In this document: in pieces, positions 17,837 through 28,855 of the stretch
Position numbering within the stretch: the first letter of the stretch is position 1
Layout of the letters: each line of letters begins with the position of its first letter
Assembly: GCA_964532995.1 (NCBI GenBank)
Contig: CAZHJN010000002.1
Coordinates: 54-64,053 of the forward strand
Source: an uncultured bacterium
Lineage (GTDB): Bacteria; Ratteibacteria; UBA8468; B48-G9; DTJG01
Length of the DNA stretch: 64,000 nucleotides
Direction: 5' to 3'
Translations under genes and position numbers: made by a program
The notes under the pieces: model-generated
Database searches by the model: none
What the model saw: the letters and a program-made list of their open reading frames with translations, nothing else
What the model was told of the DNA's origin: nothing

Positions 17837-19537
17837 CTAAAAAAGACCGACCACTTTTCCTTCTTTATCAATGTCCACATGAGTACCGGCTGGTTCGCTT
17901 GGTAAACCCGGCATGGTTCTCATTTTTCCACAGAGTGGATAGATGAATCCAGCACCTGCAGAAAGGCGAACGTCTTCAACCGGCAGGGTAAAACCCTTTG
18001 GTACACCTTTTAAATTTGGATCATGAGACAGGGATAGATGAGTTTTTGCCATGCAAACAGGCAGGTTTTCAAACCCCCATCTGGTATATGTTTTTATTTT
18101 TTGTTCAGCAATAGGAGAAAAAGAAACCTTTTCAGCACCATAGATTTTTGTTGCTATTATTTCTATCTTTTTCTTTATTGGCAATTCAAGAGGGTACAAA
18201 AAATGGAAATCGTGTTTTTCTTCACAGGCTTCAACTACTTTTTCGGCAAGTTTCAATCCGCCATTTCCACCTTCTGCCCAAACATTACTTACTTCTGCTG
18301 CTTTTGCCCCTGCTTTCAATGCTAATTCTCTTGTAATCTCAATTTCTTTCTCAGTATCGGTTGTGAACCTGTTTATTGCCACAACAGCCGGGATACCAAA
18401 AAGTTTCACATTTTCAATATGCTTCACCAGATTTTCTATGCCTTTTTTAATAGCGGGAAGATTTTCTTCCACCAATCCCCTGTCAAGAGGTTTTCCCGGT
18501 ACAACCTTAAATTGCCCGCTGTGCATTTTAAGCGCTCTTATTGAACACACAATTACGACACAATCGGGTTTCAATCCACTGTATCTGCACTTGATGTTTA
18601 CGAATTTTTCAAATCCACAGTCAGCTCCAAAACCGCTTTCTGTAACAACATAATCTGCAAGTTTTATTGCAATTTTGTCCGCAATGATTGAACTGTTTCC
18701 ATGTGCTATATTTGCAAATGGTCCTGCATGAACCAGAACCGGAGTGTGCTCAAGAGTCTGCATAAGTGTTGGCTTTATTGCATCTTTCAAAAGCACAGTC
18801 ATCGCTCCTGCTGCTTTAAGATCTGATGCAGTCACAGGTTTGCCGGTTTTTGTTATACCAATAATTATATTTGAAAGTCTCTTTTTCAGATCAAAAATAT
18901 CATCTGTCAGGGCAAGAATCGCCATCACTTCAGATGCGACCGTAATATCAAAACCGGTTTCTCGGGGTATTCCATTGTCTTTACCACCAAGTCCTATAAT
19001 GATGTTGCGCAGGGCTCTATCACTCACATCAACCACTCTTGGCCATGTTATTGAAAGAGGGTCAATATCAAGTGGATTGTTTTTGGAAAGAGAATTGTCT
19101 ATAAATGCAGCGAGAAGATTATGGGCTATCCCAACCGCATGAACATCACCTGTTAGATGCAGATTAAAATCTTCCATTGGTATAACCTGAGAATAACCAC
19201 CTCCAGCAGCTCCACCTTTTATTCCGAAAACCGGTCCGAGAGAAGGCTGTCTTATGCATGTGAATACTTTTTTCCCCAATTTTCCAAGAGCCTGGGATAA
19301 CCCTATGGTTGTTACGGTTTTACCTTCTCCAAGCGGGGTTGGAGTAATGGCTGTCACGTCAATATATTTACCCTGTTTATTGTTTTGGATTTTCTGCAGT
19401 ATGTCCGGAGAAATCTTGGCTTTATAATTTCCATAGAGTTCAAGATAATTTTCTTCTATCCCTGCCGCTGCTGCTATTTCTGTGATATTTTTTATTTTTG
19501 CCCGCTGTGCAATTTCAAGATCGCTTAACATTTCCAC
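17837..19537 (-). CDS. fhs: Formate--tetrahydrofolate ligase
   Basis: TPLGEGKTVTTIGL motif and full-length collinearity; 566 aa. Confidence 0.9.
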   Translation of the reverse strand: MEMLSDLEIAQRAKIKNITEIAAAAGIEENYLELYGNYKAKISPDILQKIQNNKQGKYIDVTAITPTPLGEGKTVTTIGLSQALGKLGKKVFTCIRQPSLGPVFGIKGGAAGGGYSQVIPMEDFNLHLTGDVHAVGIAHNLLAAFIDNSLSKNNPLDIDPLSITWPRVVDVSDRALRNIIIGLGGKDNGIPRETGFDITVASEVMAILALTDDIFDLKKRLSNIIIGITKTGKPVTASDLKAAGAMTVLLKDAIKPTLMQTLEHTPVLVHAGPFANIAHGNSSIIADKIAIKLADYVVTESGFGADCGFEKFVNIKCRYSGLKPDCVVIVCSIRALKMHSGQFKVVPGKPLDRGLVEENLPAIKKGIENLVKHIENVKLFGIPAVVAINRFTTDTEKEIEITRELALKAGAKAAEVSNVWAEGGNGGLKLAEKVVEACEEKHDFHFLYPLELPIKKKIEIIATKIYGAEKVSFSPIAEQKIKTYTRWGFENLPVCMAKTHLSLSHDPNLKGVPKGFTLPVEDVRLSAGAGFIYPLCGKMRTMPGLPSEPAGTHVDIDKEGKVVGLF

Positions 19538-19550
19538 TCCTTTATATTGG

Positions 19551-20414
19551 TTAAACCTTCTGACTCAAAATCTTTGCAGCTATTACAGTATTTCTCAATA
19601 ATATGGCTGTTGTAACTGGTCCTACTCCGCCTGGAACCGGTGTAATCCATGAGGCTTTTTCTTTTGCAGTCTCAAACTCCACATCGCCGACAATTTTGTC
19701 TCCGAGTTTATTAATTCCAACATCTATTACTATTGCTCCCTCCTTTATTATGTCGCCTTTTATCAGATGTGCTTTGCCAACAGCCACCACAAGAACTTCA
19801 GCCATTTTCACATGTGTTTCAAGCATTCCTTTTTCACTTGTTCCAATGTGACAGATACTTACTGTTGCAAATTTATCAACAAGAAGCAGGGAAACTGGTT
19901 TTCCGACAATATCGCTGTGTCCGACCATTACGACTTCTTTTCCATAAAGATCAACACCTGTGCTATCAATGAGTTCTTTAACAGCAAGTGCTGTACAGGG
20001 TGCAAGTACAGGTTTTCCATAGACAATCCATCCAAGATTTGCCGGATTGACCCCTTCAACATCTTTCTCAGGTGCGATAGTGGATTGCACTTTTCTGACA
20101 TCAACTCCCTGCGGAAGTGGCAGCTGCAGGATTATTCCTGTAATATCTTTATTTTCATTCAGCTGTTGAATAAAATGAATAATCTCAGATTTAGAAATAT
20201 TTTTATCTAAATTTTTAACCTCGTGATTAATTCCTATTGCCTGGCAACTTTTTTTCTGCGCATTAAGATAAACCGCTGAGGATGGATTTTCTCCAACCTG
20301 AACAGCAACAAGTTTTGGTGTGATTCCTTTTGTTTTTAAATCTTCCAGATTTTTTCTTACATCCTGTTTAATTTTTTCCGCAATTTCTTTTCCCATAAGT
20401 ATCTGAGCGCTCAT
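19551..20414 (-). CDS. folD: Bifunctional methylene-THF dehydrogenase / methenyl-THF cyclohydrolase
   Basis: ILMGKEIA, YLNAQKK, VGHSDIVGKP, PVPGGVGPVT; 287 aa. Confidence 0.9.
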   Translation of the reverse strand: MSAQILMGKEIAEKIKQDVRKNLEDLKTKGITPKLVAVQVGENPSSAVYLNAQKKSCQAIGINHEVKNLDKNISKSEIIHFIQQLNENKDITGIILQLPLPQGVDVRKVQSTIAPEKDVEGVNPANLGWIVYGKPVLAPCTALAVKELIDSTGVDLYGKEVVMVGHSDIVGKPVSLLLVDKFATVSICHIGTSEKGMLETHVKMAEVLVVAVGKAHLIKGDIIKEGAIVIDVGINKLGDKIVGDVEFETAKEKASWITPVPGGVGPVTTAILLRNTVIAAKILSQKV

Positions 20415-20438
20415 ATATCCCCCATTTTGTTGGAATTA

Positions 20439-21092
20439 TTAAGTATCGCTTCCGGTTTTCATTTTTCTTTCGACAATTGATATTATATTTTTTGCACGTC
20501 CGATCAGTAAAGGTGAGGTTTTTTCAAGCATATTTTCAACTTTTAAGACATAATCCCTGTTTTTTATTTCATAAAGGTTCACAAGTATATTTATTCTGAT
20601 TGCTCTCAAAGCGCCCTCCACCAGAGATGACGATACACCGATGTCACTTATCAGATAAGGGTTTGAATTTTCCACAAGCTGTTCATTCCATGTCAGGATC
20701 TGTTCACAATAATCAAGCATTTTCATATGAAGTTCTATGCTTTTCAAAAGTGCATTTTCATATTCTATTACCTTATCCGGATTCTTTTTCAACTCTCTCA
20801 TTTTCTCCTGAATCATTTCATAAATCCTGCTATCTTCTTCTATTGATTTATTTAGTACTGATTGAATTGAACCTGCTGCATTGAAGACATCCTTTGAAAT
20901 TTTTTGTGATTCTTTGCTTATTCTTCTGCTTTCCATGGAAAAATTGCAAACCATAATTGTTAGAGCATTTGCGATGGCGAGCGAAAGAATGGATGCGCTT
21001 CCACCCCCAGGACACGGGGATTTCTCTGAAACCCGTTCAATATACGTTTCCAGTGGTTCTTGAAGGTATTTGTATTCCATAAGCAGGTTCAA
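20439..21092 (-). CDS. Cyclodeaminase/cyclohydrolase-family protein (FtcD C-domain-like)
   Basis: SPCPGGGSASILSLAIANAL signature; 217 aa. Adjacent to folD and fhs. Confidence 0.65.
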   Translation of the reverse strand: MNLLMEYKYLQEPLETYIERVSEKSPCPGGGSASILSLAIANALTIMVCNFSMESRRISKESQKISKDVFNAAGSIQSVLNKSIEEDSRIYEMIQEKMRELKKNPDKVIEYENALLKSIELHMKMLDYCEQILTWNEQLVENSNPYLISDIGVSSSLVEGALRAIRINILVNLYEIKNRDYVLKVENMLEKTSPLLIGRAKNIISIVERKMKTGSDT

Positions 21093-21105
21093 CCTTTCCT
21101 GTTTT

Positions 21106-21789
21106 CTACTTATATTTTGACAGATCGAATACGAATTCGGTCAGGATATGTTCTGGAACCACTTCTCCGACAACTATTTCCGATTCATGATCATGGTGGT
21201 CGTGATGTTTTCTTTTTTCTTTTTGGGGAAGGATTTCTATGCACAGTTTTACGGTTGCATTCCTGGGAATATCTTTTGACAAAAACCTCACTTCACCGTT
21301 TATTTGCTGATAATAATCACGGTTAAATTCTCCGTAAGGCGGAAAGTGCGCGTAAACGGGTTCAATCCGTATATTGTTAAAAAGGAGGTAAGCTTTAATC
21401 CTTCTGGATGTATCAGGTTCATTACCGTAGGTCGTTATAAGAAAGTTCAGAGTGTTCAGTTTGCTGGTAACCGCTTTCTTTATAATATTTATGTCTGGTT
21501 TCAGTTTTTTCTCTTCAGCATTCTTTGCAAGCTGTGCTATCTGTAAAAAAGGTGATAAATACACTGCCCTACCCTTACCCACCTCGTATCCGAGATAAAT
21601 ACTCCATGGTTCCATAAATTCATAGGTGGGAATCCCTGCTTTTGATTTACCATACTGAATTGCTTCCTGAAAAAATTGTTCATCTATTGTTTCACTGGAT
21701 GTCTGTTTTTTACAGGTGCAACCATAAAAAAAGCCCAATACAATTGCGATGATCATCAAGAGTGAAACAACAATTATTTTTCTGTTCAT
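21106..21789 (-). CDS. Predicted lipoprotein with a His-rich C-terminal tail
   Basis: I chose the start at MNRKII (21787-21789). Signal peptide plus lipobox (LGFFYGC) and a KRKHHDHHDHESE tail. The longer track ORF would overlap leuA. Confidence 0.5.
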   Translation of the reverse strand: MNRKIIVVSLLMIIAIVLGFFYGCTCKKQTSSETIDEQFFQEAIQYGKSKAGIPTYEFMEPWSIYLGYEVGKGRAVYLSPFLQIAQLAKNAEEKKLKPDINIIKKAVTSKLNTLNFLITTYGNEPDTSRRIKAYLLFNNIRIEPVYAHFPPYGEFNRDYYQQINGEVRFLSKDIPRNATVKLCIEILPQKEKRKHHDHHDHESEIVVGEVVPEHILTEFVFDLSKYK

Positions 21790-21809
21790 GCTTATAAATA
21801 TACTCATTT

Positions 21810-21837
21810 TTGATTTTTTTGTCAAATGAGATATAAT
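21810..21837 (+). promoter_or_regulatory. Putative sigma-70 promoter for the leuACDB operon (TTGATT-16-TATAAT)
   Basis: Hexamers read directly, ~45 nt upstream of the leuA ATG. No attenuator or T-box structure is evident in the short leader. Confidence 0.4.
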
Positions 21838-21880
21838 AAAATTCTGAACCGATTTCTTTGTCATTTTATTATGGAAAAAA

Positions 21881-23416
21881 ATGGACAGGATAATCTTTTT
21901 TGATACAACATTAAGGGATGGAGAACAATCTCCTGGAGCCAGTCTCACAAGCAATGCAAAACTCACAATTGCAAGACAGCTGGTGAAATTGAATGTTGAT
22001 GTGATTGAGGCTGGTTTTCCTGTTGCGTCTGAAGATGATGCATACGCCGTTAATCTGATCGGTAAAGAAGTTAAGGGGCCCATAATTTGTGCGCTTGCAA
22101 GGTGCGTAATCAAAGATATTGAAGTTGCTTTAAAATCTCTTGAAAGTGCAGCTAAACCCAGGTTGCATCTTTTTCTTGCAACCTCAGAAATTCACAGGAA
22201 ATACAAGCTCAGCAAAGCAAAAGACGAGATTATAAAAATTGCCAGAGACATGGTGGGTTTCGCACGGAAGTTTATTGATGATATAGAATTTTCACCGGAA
22301 GACGCCACCAGAACCGAGCCAGATTTTCTGCTTGAAGTTTGTAAAATTGTTGTGGAACAGGGTGCAAGGACGATTAATATCCCTGATACTGTTGGTTATG
22401 CTGTTCCCGAGGAATATGGTTCGCTTATTGGCTTTTTGAGAAAGAATCTTCCTGAAGATGTGGTGATAAGTGTCCACTGCCACAATGACCTTGGTCTTGG
22501 TGTTGCAAATTCTTTAATTGCGATAAAGAACGGAGCAAGACAGGTTGAGTGCACCATCAATGGAATTGGTGAGCGAGCTGGAAACGCATCTCTTGAAGAG
22601 ATAGCGATGAATCTTATTGTGAGAAAGAAATATTATGATGTTGATGTTGGACTTGAAACCAAGCAGATATACAGAACAAGTAAACTTGTTTCTTCTTTGA
22701 CCGGAATACCGGTTCAACCCAATAAGGCAATTGTGGGAGATAATGCATTCAGGCATGAAGCAGGTATTCATCAGGATGGCATAATAAAGTACAGAGAGAC
22801 CTATGAAATTATGCATCCAAGAATGGTTGGAATTCCAGAAAGTTCTCTTGTTCTCGGTAAACATTCTGGCAGGCATGCATTAAAACTCAGGCTGGAATCT
22901 CTTGGTATTTTCGTTGATGAAAAAAATCTGAATAAAATTTTTGAACAATTCAAGAAGCTTGCTGATAAGAAAAAAGAAATAAATGATCTTGATCTTATTG
23001 TTCTTGCAGAGCATGAAACGATGCCCGAGATTGAACCGGTTTATTCACTTGAGTACTTTCATATTCTTTCCGGGACCTCCACGCTGCCCAGCGCCACAGT
23101 TAGAATTCGGAAAAAAGACGAACTATTTGAGGATGCTTCTCTTGGGGATGGTCCCATAGATGCTCTTTATAAGGCGATTGACAGGATTGTTAAGTTGTCT
23201 CCGAAACTACAGGAATACAGAATTTCAGCTGTGACCGGTGGCAGGGACGCACAGGGAGAAGTCATTGTTTCTCTCATCATTGATGGGATAGTTGTTGCTG
23301 GTAAGGGAGTGAGCACTGATATTATTGAAGCCAGTGCAAGGGCATATCTCAATGCAATAAATCAGTATTTTGCGAGAAAAAGCATAAAAAGAAAGAAAAA
23401 ATATCGGGGAACTTAG
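21881..23416 (+). CDS. leuA: 2-isopropylmalate synthase
   Basis: FDTTLRDGEQ, HCHNDLGLGVANS, C-terminal regulatory domain; 511 aa. Confidence 0.85.
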   Translation: MDRIIFFDTTLRDGEQSPGASLTSNAKLTIARQLVKLNVDVIEAGFPVASEDDAYAVNLIGKEVKGPIICALARCVIKDIEVALKSLESAAKPRLHLFLATSEIHRKYKLSKAKDEIIKIARDMVGFARKFIDDIEFSPEDATRTEPDFLLEVCKIVVEQGARTINIPDTVGYAVPEEYGSLIGFLRKNLPEDVVISVHCHNDLGLGVANSLIAIKNGARQVECTINGIGERAGNASLEEIAMNLIVRKKYYDVDVGLETKQIYRTSKLVSSLTGIPVQPNKAIVGDNAFRHEAGIHQDGIIKYRETYEIMHPRMVGIPESSLVLGKHSGRHALKLRLESLGIFVDEKNLNKIFEQFKKLADKKKEINDLDLIVLAEHETMPEIEPVYSLEYFHILSGTSTLPSATVRIRKKDELFEDASLGDGPIDALYKAIDRIVKLSPKLQEYRISAVTGGRDAQGEVIVSLIIDGIVVAGKGVSTDIIEASARAYLNAINQYFARKSIKRKKKYRGT

Positions 23417-23478
23417 GATATCAATAATTCAAAAACTCTATAAAAATCCTTGAAACAGGCACATAAACAGGAATTTTT

Positions 23479-24735
23479 ATGACGATTACAGAGAAAATAC
23501 TCGCAATTCACGCCGGACAAAAAGAGGTTGTACCCGGTCAGTTTATTGAAGCAGATGTGGACCTTGTTCTTGCGAACGACATTACCGGTCCGCTTGCAAT
23601 TGAAGAGTTTGAAAGATCTGGAGCAAAGAAAGTTTTTGACCCATCAAAAATTGTTCTTGTGCCAGACCATTTCACACCCTGCAAAGATATAAAAAGCGCT
23701 GAAATGGTAAAGGTTTTAAGGAATTTTGCCAGAAGATATGGAACAAGATTTTATGAAATCGGTAAGGTTGGGATTGAACATGCTCTTCTTCCTGAAGAGG
23801 GGCTTGTTCTTGCAGGAAATCTTGTTATAGGAGCAGATAGTCATACATGTACCTATGGCGCACTTGGTGCTTTTTCAACCGGTGTTGGCAGTACTGACGT
23901 TGCTGCTGCTTTTATTACCGGTAAGGTTTGGTTGAAAGTTCCACCCACAATAAGATTTATTTACACAGGTAAATGTGGAAAATTTGTTGGTGGCAAGGAT
24001 ATCATCCTTTATACAATAGCCAGAATAGGCGTTGATGGAGCAAGATACAGAGCGATGGAGTTCTGTGGAGAAACGATCAGAAACCTATCAATGGATGATA
24101 GGTTTACGATTTGTAATATGGCTATTGAGGCTGGTGGAAAAAATGGAATCATAGAACCTGACGGTATCACCGAGGAATTTCTACTTTCAGCTGCAAAGGC
24201 AAAGGGCATATTTTATAGCAGTGATAACGATGCAAAATATGAGAATATTATTGAGATAGATGCGGGTGTTATTTCTCCACAGGTTGCGGCTCCACATCTG
24301 CCGTCAAATTCAAAAAGTGTTTATGAGTTTTCTGATATTAAAATTGATCAGGTTGTTATAGGATCCTGTACAAATGGCAGGATATCCGATTTAAGAAAAG
24401 CTGCAATGATAGCAAAAGGAAGATATGTCCATTCTGAAGTGAGGACAATAATCATACCGGCTACACAAAAGATTTACCGGCAGGCATTGAGAGAAGGATT
24501 GATTGATATTTTTGTTGAGGCAGGCTGTGTGATAAGTCCACCGACCTGCGGTCCATGTCTTGGTGGACATATGGGGGTTCTTGCAAAGGGAGAGGTTGTG
24601 ATAGCAACCACAAACAGGAATTTTATAGGAAGAATGGGACATCCTGAAAGTTTTGTATATCTTTCAAACCCTGAGGTTGCAATGGCATCTGCAATAAAGG
24701 GTAAGATTTCACATCCTGATGAGGTGCTAAAATGA
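23479..24735 (+). CDS. leuC: 3-isopropylmalate dehydratase large subunit (archaeal/short type, 418 aa)
   Basis: Aconitase-family motifs ([21 protein letters not shown]). Confidence 0.85.
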   Translation: MTITEKILAIHAGQKEVVPGQFIEADVDLVLANDITGPLAIEEFERSGAKKVFDPSKIVLVPDHFTPCKDIKSAEMVKVLRNFARRYGTRFYEIGKVGIEHALLPEEGLVLAGNLVIGADSHTCTYGALGAFSTGVGSTDVAAAFITGKVWLKVPPTIRFIYTGKCGKFVGGKDIILYTIARIGVDGARYRAMEFCGETIRNLSMDDRFTICNMAIEAGGKNGIIEPDGITEEFLLSAAKAKGIFYSSDNDAKYENIIEIDAGVISPQVAAPHLPSNSKSVYEFSDIKIDQVVIGSCTNGRISDLRKAAMIAKGRYVHSEVRTIIIPATQKIYRQALREGLIDIFVEAGCVISPPTCGPCLGGHMGVLAKGEVVIATTNRNFIGRMGHPESFVYLSNPEVAMASAIKGKISHPDEVLK

Positions 24736-25223
24736 AAGTAAAAGGAAAATCCTGGAAATTTGGAGATCACATCAACACAGATGATATTATCGCTGCGCGG
24801 TATCTGAACACAACTGATATAAATGAACTGGCATCTCATTGTATGGAAACAATCTTCCCTGATTTTTCAAAGAAGATAAGTAAACAGGATATAATAGTGG
24901 CCGGAGAAAACTTCGGTTGTGGTTCAAGTCGTGAACACGCGCCTATTGCCATCAAAGGATGTGGTATTTCTGTTGTTATAGCAAAGAGCTTTGCAAGAAT
25001 TTTTTTCAGAAATGCGATAAATATCGGTCTACCTATTATAGAGACTGATTTTGTTGAAAAGATCTCACAGCATGATATTCTCGAGGTTGATTTTGACCAG
25101 GGTGTAATTATCAATATATCAAATGGGGAAAAAGGCGAATTTTTTAAGTACCCTGAATTTCTTCAACAGATAATAAAAAGCGGAGGTTTAATGTCATGGG
25201 TAAAAGAAAAATATATAAGATAG
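24732..25223 (+). CDS. leuD: 3-isopropylmalate dehydratase small subunit
   Basis: [24 protein letters not shown]; 4-nt overlap with leuC. Confidence 0.85.
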   Translation: MKVKGKSWKFGDHINTDDIIAARYLNTTDINELASHCMETIFPDFSKKISKQDIIVAGENFGCGSSREHAPIAIKGCGISVVIAKSFARIFFRNAINIGLPIIETDFVEKISQHDILEVDFDQGVIINISNGEKGEFFKYPEFLQQIIKSGGLMSWVKEKYIR

Positions 25224-26272
25224 GAGTTATTCCGGGAGACGGAGTTGGCCCTGAAATTATGAGTGCAGGATTGGAGGTATTGAAGGCTGCAGCAACAAGA
25301 TTTGATTTTGAACTTGATTTAATCAAATATGATTTTGGGGGAAACAGGTATCTTAAAACAGGAGAGACTATACCTGATTCCGCCATAGAAGAATTTAAAA
25401 AACTTGATTCTATTTATCTCGGTGCCATAGGGCATCCTGATGTTAAACCGGGTATACTTGAGAAAGGAATACTTTTAAAGATAAGATTTGACCTTGACCA
25501 GTACATAAACCTCAGACCTGTAAAACTTTATCCTGGCGTATGGACTCCGTTGAAGGATAAAGGTCCAGAACATATAGACTATGTTGTTGTGAGAGAAAAC
25601 ACAGAAGGTGCTTACTGTGGCATAGGTGGTTTTTTCAAAAAAGGTACACAGGATGAGGTTGCAACCCAGCTTGATATAAGCACAAGAAAAGGAGTTGAAA
25701 GGTGTGTCAGATACGCTTTTGAACTTGCTCGCAGGAGAAATAAAAATAAAACTGTTACCTGTGCTGATAAAGCCAATGTACTTACATTTTCAGGAGACCT
25801 GTGGAGGAGAACCTGTATTGATGTTAACAGGGATTATCCTGATATTAAACTTGATTATGCTTTTGTTGATGCAACCTGCATGTGGATGATTAAAAATCCT
25901 GAATGGTTCGATGTTATAGTAACCAACAATCTGTTTGGCGATATTATCACAGATCTTGCTGCTATCACGCAGGGAGGGCTTGGTGTTGCTGCAGGAGGAA
26001 ACATCAATCCGGAGGGTGTCAGCATGTTTGAGCCCATTCATGGTTCAGCTCCCAAGTATACCGGCAAAAATGTCATATGTCCGATAGCAACAATTGCTGC
26101 TGGTGGAATGATGCTTGATACGCTCGGTGAGACAGCTGCTGCCGAATGTATTGAAAAAGCCATCTGTAAATCCCTTTCAGAAAAGCATATCAAAAGCCTT
26201 GAAGCCGGTAAAATGGGTATGGGAACATCTGAGGTCGGAAAATTGATTGCCAGATTTGTTTCTGAAATTTGA
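25196..26272 (+). CDS. leuB: 3-isopropylmalate dehydrogenase
   Basis: [34 protein letters not shown]; 358 aa. Confidence 0.8.
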   Translation: MGKRKIYKIGVIPGDGVGPEIMSAGLEVLKAAATRFDFELDLIKYDFGGNRYLKTGETIPDSAIEEFKKLDSIYLGAIGHPDVKPGILEKGILLKIRFDLDQYINLRPVKLYPGVWTPLKDKGPEHIDYVVVRENTEGAYCGIGGFFKKGTQDEVATQLDISTRKGVERCVRYAFELARRRNKNKTVTCADKANVLTFSGDLWRRTCIDVNRDYPDIKLDYAFVDATCMWMIKNPEWFDVIVTNNLFGDIITDLAAITQGGLGVAAGGNINPEGVSMFEPIHGSAPKYTGKNVICPIATIAAGGMMLDTLGETAAAECIEKAICKSLSEKHIKSLEAGKMGMGTSEVGKLIARFVSEI

Positions 26273-26288
26273 AGTTTCCGGAGGTTTT

Positions 26289-26897
26289 ATGGATCATATA
26301 ATAAAACGATGGAAATATGGATTTCAGGCATATTCTGAATGGCGAAAGGAAGCTACCTTTGTTGAGAAATTGCTGCTTTCTCTAATTTTTGCTTTTTTTA
26401 CAGGAATCTCAGCCCAGATATACATAAGATTGCCTTTCACACCTGTTCCTGTTACGGGTCAGGTGTTTGTTGTACTTCTGAGTGGCATATTCCTCGGAAG
26501 AAACTGGGCTGGCATAAGCCAGGTTATGTATCTTCTGGGCGGGATAAGTGGCATACCATGGTTTGCCGGCGCAAAGTCTGGAATTCTTTCCTTACTTCCT
26601 TCTTTTGGTTATATCATTGGATTTATTCCTGCTTCTTTTGTTATTGGATATTTCTGGGATAGGAAGAGGAACAAGAATATTTCACCGCTGATTTTTTTAA
26701 TGCTGGCTGGAATTGCAATGATATATTGCTGTGGTGCCATGTGGTTTTCAGTTGTGATGGGTGCTGGTTTGAAAACCACTCTGCTTTTTGCTGTAGTGCC
26801 TTTTATTCCTGTTGATATTTTGAAGGCATACCTTGCGGCATACATAGCTTTTACGATTTTCCCTCATTATTCAAATGGAAAATCTTTTAAAGATTAG
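26289..26897 (+). CDS. bioY: BioY-family biotin transporter (ECF S-component)
   Basis: PFTPVPVTGQVFVVLLSG...GGISGIPWFAG...GYIIGFIPA BioY signature. I chose the start at MDHII, which follows a GGAGG RBS. Confidence 0.75.
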   Translation: MDHIIKRWKYGFQAYSEWRKEATFVEKLLLSLIFAFFTGISAQIYIRLPFTPVPVTGQVFVVLLSGIFLGRNWAGISQVMYLLGGISGIPWFAGAKSGILSLLPSFGYIIGFIPASFVIGYFWDRKRNKNISPLIFLMLAGIAMIYCCGAMWFSVVMGAGLKTTLLFAVVPFIPVDILKAYLAAYIAFTIFPHYSNGKSFKD

Positions 26898-27312
26898 ACC
26901 CCATCACCTTTTTTGTTTGCTCGGTTTTAAAGGGATTGGTTACTCGACTGATTTTGTCAGTAACATGGCAGGAATTTCAGAAAAGATAAAGAAAAATTCT
27001 GAAATTGAAATTAAATTAGTTTCAGGTTGTGATGATATCTGCAGATCGTGTCCTTATTTTTCAAATTTCGGATGCGCAAAAAATCCGGACTCAGAAGTTC
27101 GTTTGAACAATAAGGAAATGCAGATAATTTCACTTCTTCAGATAGAGACCGATCGCACGGAAAAGGCAGGAATACTTTATGAAAAAATAAGGGAACGATT
27201 TTCATTGGGAATGTTTGATTGGTTATGTAACGATTGTGAATGGTACTCAATGGGTTATTGTAGAAATGAATTTGAAAGTCTGAAGGAAGGTGGTTTCCAT
27301 GAAAAAATATAA
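26875..27312 (+). CDS. DUF1284-family protein (conserved Cys-rich, function unknown)
   Basis: N-terminal IRPHHLFC-GF-G-GYS motif and several conserved Cys; 145 aa. Confidence 0.55.
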   Translation: MENLLKIRPHHLFCLLGFKGIGYSTDFVSNMAGISEKIKKNSEIEIKLVSGCDDICRSCPYFSNFGCAKNPDSEVRLNNKEMQIISLLQIETDRTEKAGILYEKIRERFSLGMFDWLCNDCEWYSMGYCRNEFESLKEGGFHEKI

Positions 27313-28315
27313 TGTCTGTGTGGTGGGAGCAGGACTTGTTGGTAAAAAAATGGTGGAAGTTTTAATTGAAAGGAATTTTCCTTTTGACCAGCTGAAAGTT
27401 TTTGCAACAAGAGAAAGAGAGGAAATTATAGCTGGTAAGAATTTTAATGTGCTGAAAACAACTGATTCCTGTTTTGAAGGAATTGATTTTGCATTTTTTG
27501 CTGGCACTGAAGGAGAAAAAGGTGCAAGTCTTGAGTTTGCATGGAAGGCTGTTGAGAAAGGAGCAATTGTAATTGATAATGGTGGCGATTTCAGGATGCA
27601 TCCCGATGTGCCGCTGGTTATTCCGGAAATAAACCCGGAACATCTGAATCAATATAAGGGACTTATAGCCAATCCAAATTGTTCCACAATAATAATGTTG
27701 ATGGCTGTTGCTCCTCTTCACAAAAAATATCGATTAAGGAGAATCATTGCTTCAACCTATCAGGCTGTTTCTGGAACTGGAAGCAAAGCACTGGAAGAAC
27801 TTGAAACACAGATTCACCAGTATGTTGAAGAAAAAAATTTTACTGTAAATGTATATCCTCATAGAATTTTCCTGAATGTTCTTCCACATATAGGAAGTCT
27901 CTCGGACAGGTTTGAAGGATATTATTCAGAAGAAGTAAAAATGATTCTTGAGACAAGAAAAATTCTTGGGTGCCAGGATATTATGATTTCTGCAACATGT
28001 GTCAGGGTGCCAGTTTTAAACGGACATTCTGAAGCCATCAGCGTTCAATTTGAATCATGTCCGGATATTGCAACATGTCGTGAGATTCTTGCATCCACAG
28101 AAGGTGTGAAACTTTTAGATGAACCTGAAAATTCCTGTTATCCTTTGCCAGTTGATGTATCTGGAAAAGACGATGTCTTCGTTGGCAGAATAAGGAAAAG
28201 CACCGCGCTTGAGAACGCAATTGAAATGTGGGTTGTTGGGGATAATATTAAAAAGGGTGCGGCTCAGAATGCGGTGCAGATAGCGGAAAAAATGATCGAA
28301 ATGCATCTTGTGTAG
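27290..28315 (+). CDS. asd: Aspartate-semialdehyde dehydrogenase
   Basis: VVGAGLVGKKM, IANPNCSTI active-site Cys, SGTG, and C-domain motifs; 341 aa. Confidence 0.85.
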   Translation: MVSMKKYNVCVVGAGLVGKKMVEVLIERNFPFDQLKVFATREREEIIAGKNFNVLKTTDSCFEGIDFAFFAGTEGEKGASLEFAWKAVEKGAIVIDNGGDFRMHPDVPLVIPEINPEHLNQYKGLIANPNCSTIIMLMAVAPLHKKYRLRRIIASTYQAVSGTGSKALEELETQIHQYVEEKNFTVNVYPHRIFLNVLPHIGSLSDRFEGYYSEEVKMILETRKILGCQDIMISATCVRVPVLNGHSEAISVQFESCPDIATCREILASTEGVKLLDEPENSCYPLPVDVSGKDDVFVGRIRKSTALENAIEMWVVGDNIKKGAAQNAVQIAEKMIEMHLV

Positions 28316-28345
28316 TATCAGTTCAACCTTTAACGGAATTTCTTG

Positions 28346-28855
28346 CTATTGGCGGGATAAACAATAATATTTTCCGTCTATTCTTATTATTCGAAAAGGA
28401 GCGGGATTTCCTCTTTCAAACCCTAGCCTGTTGATAATCTCCGGAATACCTTCAATTGCATGGTAAGTGTTTTTCGGGGCAATTGCTGTTCCTTTTTTCT
28501 TTACCATCGTTTGTATTTCAAGAACAACCCAGTTTCTATCAAGGAAAACAATTTTAAGGTCACGATTGACTGTTCCAAAACCTGGATTGGTATTGACAAA
28601 CATGGTGCCTTCTTTGATATCAGGAAACCAGATTGCTGTACTTTGAAAATCGTCAGAAGATGCGTTGCAGAAACCCTGATGAGCCAGTTCCGCTGTTTCT
28701 GCCACTAAAATTTTTATATTGTTGATTCTGTTTTCTGTTCTGGGCCATTCTGAAAGGGATTTTTTCCCTTCAGCATTTGTCGTTTTAAATATAGCAGGAA
28801 TGCATAAAATGGATAAAACAACAATTGCGTTGAAAGAGTGGAATATTTTTTTCAT
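28346..28855 (-). CDS. DUF192 (COG1430) secreted protein
   Basis: Signal peptide, then the DUF192 core (...AETAELAHQGF..., WFPDI, NT-IPLD-like); 169 aa. Confidence 0.5.
   Translation of the reverse strand: MKKIFHSFNAIVVLSILCIPAIFKTTNAEGKKSLSEWPRTENRINNIKILVAETAELAHQGFCNASSDDFQSTAIWFPDIKEGTMFVNTNPGFGTVNRDLKIVFLDRNWVVLEIQTMVKKKGTAIAPKNTYHAIEGIPEIINRLGFERGNPAPFRIIRIDGKYYCLSRQ

Noticed and set aside
21790-22113. Upstream extension of the lipoprotein ORF into leuA
   Set aside because: The extension is antisense overlap with the leuA 5' region and the leu promoter. The signal-peptide/lipobox start at 21789 is the plausible start.
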